Assembly (NCBI RefSeq): GCF_006345805.1 | Contig: NC_043016.1 | Coordinates: forward strand, 18,724,001 to 18,788,000 | Direction of reading: 5' to 3' | Source: Octopus sinensis | Taxonomy: Eukaryota | Length of the DNA stretch: 64,000 nucleotides | In this document: one piece after another, positions 53,041 through 64,000 of the stretch | How positions within the stretch are numbered: position 1 is the stretch's first letter | Layout of the letters: each line of letters opens with the position of its first letter | Notes under the pieces: generated by a model | The model's input: the letters and a program-made list of their open reading frames with translations, nothing else | Told to the model about the DNA's origin: nothing | Database searches by the model: none | Program-made: the position numbers and the translations under genes

Positions 53041-53219
53041 AACAGTGTAATCTTAGGTTTGGGGTGTCCAATTGGAGAAACGTCTTTTGAGTGTAGTAAA
53101 GTTATCCTCAATCGGAGAAACTGGGCTTCTGTTGTAGAAAAATGCCCTGAGTTGGATACGACAGAGAATACTTTCTGTATCGGCGCGTGCGTGGAATTCA
53201 CTGGATATATATATATATG

Positions 53220-53263
<44 letters not shown>

Positions 53264-53758
53264 ATGTATGTATGTATGTATGTATGTTTGTATGTGTGTA
53301 TGTATGTATGTATGTATGTATGTATGTATGAATGTATGTATGTATGTATGTATGTATGTATGTATGTATGTATGAATGAATGTATGAATGTATGTATGTA
53401 TGTATGTATGTATGTATGTATGTATGTATGTATGTATGTATGTATATATGTATGTATATTTATAAATATACAGCTGCCAGCCAATTGTAGAACACGACTG
53501 TCACTATTACTACATAATTCTAATGATTGCGTAACGCATGGAAGTACTACTTTTTATAATATCGTTAAATAGTATAATAATAAAACGTTAAAATCAGACT
53601 AGGTTAAAATGTCATTGATTTATATCAATCATACGAACCTGGATATTTATCTATCTATCTAGCTATCTATCATCTACCTACCTACATACATACATACAAA
53701 CATGCTACCTACCTACCTATGTATCTATCTATATACCTATGCATACATTCATGCATAT

Positions 53759-53811
<53 letters not shown>

Positions 53812-53854
53812 TATGTGCATGTGTGTGTGCACGCGTGCGTGTGTGCACGCGTGC

Positions 53855-53893
<39 letters not shown>

Positions 53894-54719
53894 CAAGAGA
53901 CCAAAGGAAGATAACTGAAGGAGGCAAGTGAAATGACTTGAAATAATTAAGTTAAAGGCTAATGCATTGGATGTCGCTTGCAGTAAATTTTTAATTTATT
54001 GAATTTGACTGTGATGAAGCTGAAGACAAAAATCCTACTGGCTATTGTTAGAAATTCTTAAACAGAAAAAGAGGTAATTTCAAGAAATCACAAAAATTTT
54101 TCAAGTTAATTTACTTTTAACAACAAAGATCAGACTATCCTTTAACTCATGATATAAATTTACTTGGGGAATTAATTCTTACTTTCTTATAAATTATCTC
54201 TTGTATTTTAAAAGTCACTACAAAAGTGCCGTTAGGCTTTCATTTTTGCTTCCAAATAAATGGGAAATTTCAACAATTTTATTGTGTATGGCATTCAGTA
54301 TTGTTCAAATTCATAGCACTTGCCTTTCATTATATATCTTTTACTTCACTTTATTTCTAATTAATTATGTTTTCCCTTCAGCAAAAAATATACGTAACTC
54401 TCTTTCATATGTAAAAATATATTTTCTGATCTTTAGGCTCAGTTAGACTGAGCTGGTGAAATAGACCAAGAGGTATGGCCATAGCTGGAATTTGCCTACA
54501 AAAAAGATAAGGCATGTATTTTCTGATTATATACATTTATTAAAAAATTATTGCATGCTCTATTATCATTTAGCTTATACATACATGCATGCATCCGAGA
54601 AGAAAACGAATTCAAGCCATCAATGGAATTGTAAAAATTTGTAAAACTATCCAGAAGTTTATCATGTAAGTATATATACGCATCTGTAGACAAGCAACTA
54701 TATACATGAGAAAAACATA

Positions 54720-55500
54720 GTAACTAGTCAAACACAGATCTTAAGCAAAAGACAATGACATAACCTAAAGAAACTATTAACAAGGGTAAAAGTCATCACG
54801 AACAAACAAGATAAAACATTCACAGTATCCAAGTTTAATGATAACAGGTGTGGAACATGTCAATACATGCATACAGGTAGATCTATTAGAACAAAAAATA
54901 GACAGATTTTCACAAATGGAGAAATGAACTGCAAAAGTAGAAATGTGATCTTCTGCATTAAATGCCCTAATTGCGAGGAACTATATATTGGTGAGACAGG
55001 AAATGCATTATCAGAATGTTCACGAGTTCACGGACAACAAATCTAGAACATTAATATTCGCTAAATTCCATTGAGTGAACATATAGAAACATGTGATCAG
55101 AAAATGTTCTAAGTTTTCCTTTCCACAAACTACATGACATTTTAAAATGTTCAAACCTGTTCTGTGCGGAAATAAAAAATAATATAATAACCAGTTAATG
55201 GTGTGGATTAAAAAAAAATCTTTAAAATATGAATTTAAACAAACTACAGAAGACACTCACCGATTGAAATAAAAACGATTGAAACCAAGTTTGCTCACTC
55301 ATAAAACCATTACATGTAAACCGCAGGTTAATTGGTTAAAATAAAGGCGAGATTTATGCCAGTAATATCGGTGCGCCCGACAAACCCTGACGTTTAAGAT
55401 GCATGCTGACTAGTCATTTTACTACATTTATTAAGAACTCAACTGTCAGTTAAATGCATTTTGAAGTCTGATGATTACTACGAATGTAGCAAAGCGATAA
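54720..55500 (+). mobile_element. Penelope-like (Neptune-type) zinc finger plus GIY-YIG relic and pseudo-LTR
   Basis: RCGTCQYM; MNCKSRNVIFCIKCPNCEELYIGETGNAL; IPLSEHIETC; degenerate CTGATGA hairpin at 55468. Confidence 0.8.
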
Positions 55501-55635
55501 ATCAACCTTATGAACATTACAAAATATATTTTTAATGTTTAATATACTTCAACATTGGAAAAATCTTTTTTTAAATACAATAATAAAAAGCGTGAAAACA
55601 CAGACCATGTTGTTACTTTATTCAAATTATTATAT

Positions 55636-55666
<31 letters not shown>

Positions 55667-58402
55667 TATATATATATTATATATATATATATGACATGCA
55701 TGTATGTATGTATGTATGTATGTATGTATGTATGTATATATGTATATGTATGTATGTATATGTATGTATGTGTATATGTATGTATATGTATATATATATA
55801 TATGTACACATACATATATGTATGTATATATATATGTATAAATACACACACACCGATCTAAATAATTTGCTTGTTCGTTCGCCCGTTATACATTAGTTAG
55901 AGAGGTGGGGGCGGAGTGAGTGAGAGGTGAAGTAAGAGTGAGAGAGATAAATAGAGAGGGAGAGAGAATCAGGAGTGAAGAAAGAAGAGAGGAAGAAGTA
56001 GAGAAAGACGATTAATATTAATACACTTAAGCCAAATGGTCACGTGATCAGCTCAATGTAGTGACGAAGAACGAGAGAAAAAGACGACGAGAGAAAAAAG
56101 GGGAGAGAATAGTGCTAACGACGTGTAGTGTGGCGGGGAAGGAATATTTATTACGTGGTTAAAAAGTTAGCTGAAGGGAAAGGTAGTTAGAGAAGGATAG
56201 AAAGGAGAGGCAGTTATAGTGAGAGAGAGAGAGGGGAGGGTCAGATAGCGATATTGTGGTGTGTTGATAGTGAAAAGTATATATTTTTTTAATTAATTTT
56301 TTTATAGCGACCATGGCATATGCAATTATTTATCGTTTGCTCGCTTAAAAAATTGATATTTGTTTATAAGGGTTGATTTAGCCTAAGCCCTAGATTCACA
56401 AGAAACACTGTTGCAAGCTGCCCAAGAAAGGATGTGCAGATATAGATCACGGGCCTAAGAGAAACAGTGAAACGATATAATAAAATGAGGAATGAAGCAT
56501 CACCGATTGAGACGTGAGGAAATGAACGTAGACGAAGTCAAAAATATTTAAAGAGAGCCTAACAATGTATGGTATAAAAATGCAAATCATCCTTTCTTCT
56601 TTAAATAGGTCCTCATAATGTTTCCATTCCGTGGAATTTCCACGGGTCCCACTGACATATATATTTTCTAATGTACACACACAGACATATATATATATAA
56701 ACGTAAGACAGCCCGACTAAGGGTTTCTTGTGAAAATTTTATTGAATAACTCTTTAGTTTAATGTTAAACTGTTTTTATGTAACTTGGCAACCTGACATA
56801 AAACATTTACATACATACATAGTACGTACATACATGCATACATACACACGTACGTATATACATATAGATACATACATATGTACACACACACACTTTTTAC
56901 TAATTTTGTACAATCTTACTGGTTACAGTCATTGAGCTGCAGTCATTCAGGTGTAGCATCTGGTGGGTTTAGCTAAACAAATCAATCCTGGTACATATTC
57001 TTTAAGTCTAGTACGTATTCTTTTGTTGATTTTTGCCGAGACACTATGGTACGGGGATGTAAACAAATCAACACCGTTTGTCAATTAGTGGGGGACAAAC
57101 ACAATCGCAAAGGTGATCACATACACATATAGACAAATAAATTGGAATAATTGATTGTTGCTTCATACACGTTGCAATGCGAGCGACAACATGTACATAA
57201 TCGACATTTATGTCACCTATCCTCGACTAATGGAGAACTTCGTTGCAGATGTATATAGACATACATAATTTCAGCGACCAGTACGTAAATTTACAAAAGG
57301 AATTGTTCTGAGAAACACTTCAAACGTTTCTTAAGATATTACAGCTGAAGAAGTTTAGATTATATGAAAGGCCTTGAAAGTTTCGTGGACTAGTAAAAGA
57401 ATATATTCTCGTGGGCCTGCTTCAGCATTTAATTTACTGTGGCTCAAAGAAGAGATATCCACATAGCCACCCTGCCAAATTAAAGATAGAGGCTGATTAT
57501 CAAGCAGGATCCCACTAACAGCCTAACGCTTGCAGTTTATTATATTTTTCCAGCATAATCTTTGCAGTTTCAAAAGCTTGTAAAGAGTCATTTCAAATGT
57601 GATCCACGTTGGGTAAATTTCTCGATCGACCAGAGAAAAAAGTGTTGAAGACTAATCCATCAAAAGTAATTTATACAAGAAAGTTCAGAGATATAAAATG
57701 TAGAAATAACAGCTAAGTGGTGGTTTTCAGTCATGTAACATAGAGAAATAGACGGACACAGCAATGACGTGAATGGCGTTAAGTTTAATCGACAGGGTTA
57801 GCAAGCTGTTTTTATTAATGGAAAACTAGACATTTTAGAAATTTCCAAAAGAAATGCTACGCTTCTTGAATAATTAAGAATCACGTCTCATGACACAGAT
57901 GCTTCGAGAAACTTAGAAAGGGAGATTACTCTATAATCTTTTTTGCGAGGGAAATCATTCAACTATCTAGCTACCGCTACGGGTCCATTATTGCGTCGGC
58001 AGTTTTTCTAGCTGCAACTATAGCTTTCATAACTGTAGTTATTATTGATATCGTTGTAGCAACATTTATCTTGTAATTTTACTGTGTGCTCTTTTTTATG
58101 TTATTTTCTTCATTATTCTTATCTATATATTTTTAAGCTGGTGTTGTGTGAATATCTTTCAATATTTTTTTTGCTTCAATTTGGCTTCAAAAAACAACGT
58201 CATGGAAATAATAAATACAATCTCTTAAAGCCAAGTTGGTTCTATGACATTTTCTCTTTTGAGTTAATGAAAGAGAAATATTAAATATCAATTCAAACTT
58301 AGTGATGAGATGAAAAATGCTATTGTGATATCCAGAATATATATGCATTTTTAGAGAATTCTTCCCCTGTGAAAGAGATACTAAATATACATACATATAT
58401 GT

Positions 58403-58798
58403 AGGCGCAGGAGTGGCTGTGTGGTAAGTAGCTTGCTAACCAACCACATGGTTCCGGGTTCAGTCCCACTGCGTGGCATCTTGGGCAAGTATCTTCTGTT
58501 ATAGCCCCGGCCGACCAATGCCTGTGAGTGGATTTGGTAGACGGAAACTGAAAGAAGCCTGTCGTATATATATATATATGTGTGTGTGTTTGTGTGTCTG
58601 TGTTTTTTCCCCTAGCATCGCTTGACAACCGATGCTGTGTGTGTTACGTCCCCGTCACTTAGCGGTTCGGCAAAAAAGAGACCGATAGAATAAGTACTGG
58701 GCTTACAAAGAATAAGTCCCGGGGTCGAGTTGCTCGATTAAAGGCGGTGCTCCAGCATGGCCGCAGTCAAATGACTGAAACAAGTAAAAGAAAAAGAG
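58403..58798 (+). mobile_element. SINE-A, full length
   Basis: Matches 11153-11571. Confidence 0.9.
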
Positions 58799-58799
58799 A

Positions 58800-58876
58800 A
58801 TACATACATACATACATACATACATACATACATACATACATACATACATACATACATACATAAAGGCATGCATGCA

Positions 58877-58908
<32 letters not shown>

Positions 58909-59220
58909 CATACATACATACATACATAAAGGCATGCATGCATACATACATACATACATACATACTACATACATACATAATACATACATACATACATACA
59001 TACATACATACATACATACATACATACATACATACATACATAAAGGCATGCATGCATACATACATACATACATACACTACATACATACATACTCATACAT
59101 ACATACATAAAGGCATGCATGCATACATACATACATACATACATACTACATACATACATACATACATACATACATACATACATACATACATACATACATA
59201 CATACATACATACATACATG
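58800..59220 (+). repeat. (TACA)n array with embedded higher-order unit
   Basis: taaaggcatgcatgc at 58861, 58927, 59041 and 59108. Confidence 0.95.
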
Positions 59221-59652
59221 CATATGTGGATGTGTTATGTCTATGTGTGCGCGTGTGCGTCACCGAGCGCATTTTCGTCTTTCATAGTTTGCTTTCATAG
59301 GAAGATTCACTTCTAACTGCATTGTTTTATTATTCCAAAATTTGGATTAGGAAATATTGTTGGAGCTGTCTCCTTTGCATTGAACCCAACATTGTGGACT
59401 CCTGTGCCAAATAAAATAAATTATAAACACATACATGCACAAGTATGCGCATAAATAAATAGGTATATGCACATATGCTGTGCATAAGCACACAAATACA
59501 CATGTGCGCGCACACACTATATTATATATAAGTATTGAAACACACATATATATATATAAATATTGAGCCGTACATTTTCTTATTCATTTAGTGATAAATA
59601 AATTATTTGGCATCAATAATATATACTCTTATCGATATATTTATGCTTGAAC

Positions 59653-59885
59653 AAGGCGGCGAGGTGGCAGAAACGTTAGCACGCCGGGCGAAATGCGTAG
59701 CTGTATTTCGTCTGTCGTTACGTTCTGAGTTCAAATTCCGCCGAGGTCGACTTTGCCTTTCATCCTCCCTGAGTCGATAAATAAAGTACCAGTTTCGCAC
59801 TGGGGTCGATGTAATCGACTTAATCCCTTTGTCTGTCCTTGTTTGCCCCCTCTATGTTTAGCCCCTTGTGGGCAGTAAAGAAATA
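59653..59885 (+). mobile_element. SINE-B, full length, Tx1-type tail
   Basis: 14-bp TSD tatgcttgaacaag at 59642-59655 and 59886-59899. Confidence 0.92.
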
Positions 59886-60466
59886 TATGCTTGAACAAGA
59901 ATATTATTGACAGTGACTTCGAAGTTTAACCCATCGTTGGGCTGCAATACATAAAAGTTAATCTGGGCTTTATATAGTTTGTTGCGTTAAAATCTTCTTT
60001 GTGTGGCGGGTGGAGTTGAGTGGGGTGGTATTTAGGTTTTAGGGTGAGTTGTTATGATGAGGTAGCTTGGAAAAATTTTTTAGTGACTAAATCTGGTGTT
60101 ATGTTATTGTTCGGAATGTACAAATGTATGTAAAGCTTTGTAAGAGTATCTTTAGGAGTATCTATTTGTCAGGGAGTCACAGGTTGTGTTAGTGCTTCAG
60201 TTATTTTGGGATTTATTGGATTATAAAATCTAATGCATCGCAGTCCAAAGATGGCTTAACTGACCGAAACCTCCGAGTCACTGTTGACAACAGTCTTATT
60301 TAAGAATAAACTTATACTCCACAAAAGGATAGAGTAACTCTATTATTATAACTAAACATAAAAACACATTAACATATATGTGTGTTTGTATGTATGCGTG
60401 TGTGCGTGTGAGTGTATCTATATCTATCTGTCTATATATATATATAAGTGTATACACTCACACATA

Positions 60467-60519
<53 letters not shown>

Positions 60520-61826
60520 TTACACTCACATTATTTTTGTTTTTCACATGCAAAAATATGAATAATAACAAAATTAAGCTAAATTGATGACAAGCTGACC
60601 AGATTTAATGTTTCTATGTGTATTGGTGTATCTCTTCAGAACACTAACGCTCTCCATAAGTAAGAAAGTTCAGCTATAATTCTCATTTGAAAACGAAATT
60701 TAATCAATTAAATAAAATATTTGAATACCACTGACAATATCTTTAATCATGTGCTAGAGTTAAACACCAATATATTCCGTTATTTTATCTTTTTGAAATG
60801 TAAAAGAACATTAATGAAAATCTTATAAAATATTCTCACTTAAGAGAAATAAATAAATAAATAAATAAATCATTTTTTTTTCTAAACGAAACAAATAAAA
60901 TCGTAAGGCTTGTTAAATTAGAATTCGTTAGAATAGTTATTGTTGTTATTGTTGCTTGTGATTTTATTTCCCAAAATTTAGTTTTAGATTTTTTTTCTTC
61001 CATTCTTCTCTACTTTCTGTCTTTCTTTCTCATTTCTTTCTTCCTTAGTTCAATATTTGTTTTCTTTATTTATTTCTTACTTTGTAAAATAACAATCCTG
61101 TTTTTAGAAAACCCAAGCCATTTTTCATTGAATCAGTAAATGTATACATTTAAAAACGTTCGAATATTATGTATTTAATAGCAGTTGAATCTGAAACATC
61201 CCACGAAAAACTAAATGATTCATACAATAAATATCAGATAGAAACACGCAAAAGGAGATGAAAAATGAAAAATAAAAAATATAAATATATCAAAATCTCA
61301 GTAACAACTATTAACAATAAGTTAATTATTATAATTCAGTTATTTTTCTTATCGTTTATCTTTAATTATTTCTATTTTAGTTTCGGTTTTCATTTCTTTT
61401 CCTTTTGCATCATTCATCATACTACTACTGTTCTTAATATTTAAGAACAGCTTGGGAAATTGATCTGTTTACATTCATAAAGCTTATTATTGAAACAAGA
61501 AAGAAAAAATATGAACTTTTGCATTTCTAATATAAAAAAAACAACAAAGAGAAAAATTCGTTATGTTTAAAGGTCTGTAGAGTGGAAAGTATTTCTTTGT
61601 CAAGAAATATTATTTATTGCGATAAAGCTTATATAAAAATGGTATCAAATCCGTTCCAACTTGAACTGATATAATGAACTACAAATCAATCTCAATGGTT
61701 AGCATTAAACAAAATGAAATAAAAATGTCTATCAGCACCTCCTATCTTAAGTGTTAGTCACATTATAACTTGAAGGAGTAGTGTTATTGTAAATTAAAGG
61801 GACAGTTTGAGTATGAAGTATGTATC

Positions 61827-61857
<31 letters not shown>

Positions 61858-62029
61858 TGTTTGTTTGTATGTATGTATGTATGTATGTATGTATGTATGT
61901 ATGTATGTATATATGTATATGTGTGTGTGTAAGTACACAAACATATATCTATGTTCATATTCATGTATGTGTGTATATACATTTCATAAATATTTATTTT
62001 TACATATATATATACATAAGACATTATGC

Positions 62030-62345
62030 ATACAATAGGTCATCCATACAAACCTCACCGAATGGTCTGGTGGGCCACATTTCAGATTTGCTTCAAAATT
62101 TAACAATAGAAAACTTGTACGGAGAAAACAAAACCCTGAAAATTTCAGGTCAGTGGTTCAATCCATTCCAAAGTTATCGACGTTTGAAATTTAACTACAA
62201 TTAGCGAAAATATTAATGCATACTTAAAGAGTTTTAGATTCTTTGATAATTTTCTTAAATTTTGATGATTGGTGTAGATTTGGAAGGAATTGTTTGGCCG
62301 AATGTAACAAAATATTCAAACATGTCTGAGCAACCACAACCATGT
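62030..62345 (+). mobile_element. Penelope-like (Poseidon-type) fragment
   Basis: QWFNPFQ resembles the WFNPP motif. Confidence 0.35.
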
Positions 62346-62357
62346 GAATATGTATGT

Positions 62358-62510
62358 AGGGACAGGAGTGGTTCTGTGCTCAGAATTTTTGCTTCCTAAC
62401 TACGTGATTCCAGATTCAGTCTTACTGCGTGGAACTTTGGGCAAGAGTCTTCTACAATATTTTCGGGCCAACCAAAAATTTACGAACCAATTGAAAAAGC
62501 CCCGACATGT
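62358..62510 (+). mobile_element. SINE-A, degenerate 5' half
   Basis: caggagtggttctgtg..gattcagtcttactgcgtggaactttgggcaag. Confidence 0.7.
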
Positions 62511-63717
62511 GTGTGTATATATATATATATATATATTACGGAGTTGTACTTCATAGCATGTGACCTGATCTGAGATCATGTGCTGAGACAAGTCAGTGAA
62601 GCTGTCGGTATACAGGAATAATACATATCCACCCTCAACCGTAAATCCGAATGGGGTAACAACCAGATTTCACTCGGGAGTACCCATCTATAACCACCCC
62701 TTTCTCTCATTTACATGTAGAGATGCATACATGCATGTTTAGATGCATGATACTGAAATACATATATGCAGTTATATATAATCGTATGAGTGTACATAGA
62801 TTAATACTATGTACGTATGTGTAGATGTATGTGTATTTCGGCGTGCGTGTGTATGTGTTGTGTGTTGTGTGAGTATGTGTGTGTATGAGTGTGTGCATGC
62901 ATGCACGTATGAGTATGTGTGTACATATATGTATATATCATATATATACATGTATGTATGCACATATATATGTAAGGAAATAAAAAATTTTTTAAATTAA
63001 AAAGACTAATTTGAATTTTAACAGCTGTCTGCGAAAATAGTGACATATATGCTTAGATGGATAAGCATATATATGTGTATACTTTAAGATTATACATATA
63101 TATGTGAATGTGTATACGTGTTTATATGATTGTGTGCGCTTGTACATAAGTATAGATAGGTTCATATTTGCATGTATGTATCTAAGACATTGTATTCATT
63201 CACCGTTGGACGGTAGTGAGAAGGACATACGCACACACACATATATATGTGTGTATATATATATATATGTGTGTGTGTGTATGTGTATACAACCTTCGAC
63301 AGAGTAACAGTCATGTATACAACTTGAACGGACATACATTTCAGTACATTAACATACGTTCACATGTACGCACACACAGACACGTCTACACACTTACATA
63401 CCTAAATACTCACATTCAAGTACATACGTACATACATACATGCGCATAGGCATGCACCCATGCATACGCATGTACACATATGCATACGCACATGCTTACA
63501 TGTACACATACATACATACATACATACATACATACATACATACATACATACATACATGCATACGTACATACGTACATACGTACATATATATCATGAACTA
63601 ACTTATTTTCTCAGATGCAGCACAAAATTTTGTCAGTGAACAGGTCGCGATCTCAAAGCGACGAAAATGGTTTTTGTGTGTGTTTTAAATGGCTTATAAA
63701 CACCTTACACGCTGCAA

Positions 63718-63757
<40 letters not shown>

Positions 63758-63761
<4 letters not shown>

Positions 63762-63840
63762 TGATCCAAGGATGTTTGCAAAAGGGACATGAAAGCCTAC
63801 AACATCAATATTAGCAACTGGGAAGCAGTTGCCAGCAACT
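63758..63840 (+). mobile_element. Short RTE fragment
   Basis: KDVCKRDMKAYNINISNWEAVASN. Confidence 0.5.
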
Positions 63841-63888
63841 GTGTGTGTGTGTGTATATATATGTATATATCTGTTATATATATGTATG

Positions 63889-63945
<57 letters not shown>

Positions 63946-64000
63946 ATATATGTGTGTGTGTGTGTATTAATAGTTATCGGCGAGTTAATATGGCAGTCCA

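Noticed and set aside
55460-55505. Hammerhead ribozyme after the Neptune-type ORF
   Set aside because: CTGATGA and a hairpin are present, but GAAA is lost.
56447-56680. Hydrophobic 77-aa ORF and upstream GC-box/E-box (55905-56050) as a host gene start
   Set aside because: No recognisable domain, no convincing splice structure; motifs are short enough to occur by chance.
60241-60283. Hammerhead ribozyme
   Set aside because: Stem I (cagt/actg) and GTC are present, but the core reads CCAAAGA and stem II is broken; degenerate relic only.

Overview
Eukaryotic, AT-rich DNA packed with microsatellites. The SINE and repeat families look like those of octopod cephalopods (recognition from memory, not a database hit). 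No intact host gene was recognised; most listed ORFs are microsatellite artefacts or decayed transposon genes. Contents: several L1/Tx1-clade LINE copies (one near full-length, 32452-37363), R4/Dong-clade, RTE and CR1 LINE fragments, Penelope-like relics with hammerhead-ribozyme motifs, a Ty3/Gypsy relic with its LTR, Tc1, mariner and pogo/Tigger transposase relics, a foldback MITE, and three tRNA-headed SINE families. Main result: the Tx1 family appears to insert specifically into (TATC)n/(GATA)n microsatellites. Five 5' junctions and three 3' junctions fall in a constant repeat register, and successive insertions appear to have inflated one array into a head-to-tail train of about 13 kb. One SINE family shares the Tx1 3' tail (35/41 nt identical), so it is a candidate Tx1-mobilised SINE, yet it does not insert into GATA arrays. 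This suggests that the RNA 3' end helps choose the target. I cannot check whether these families are already catalogued in Repbase or Dfam.
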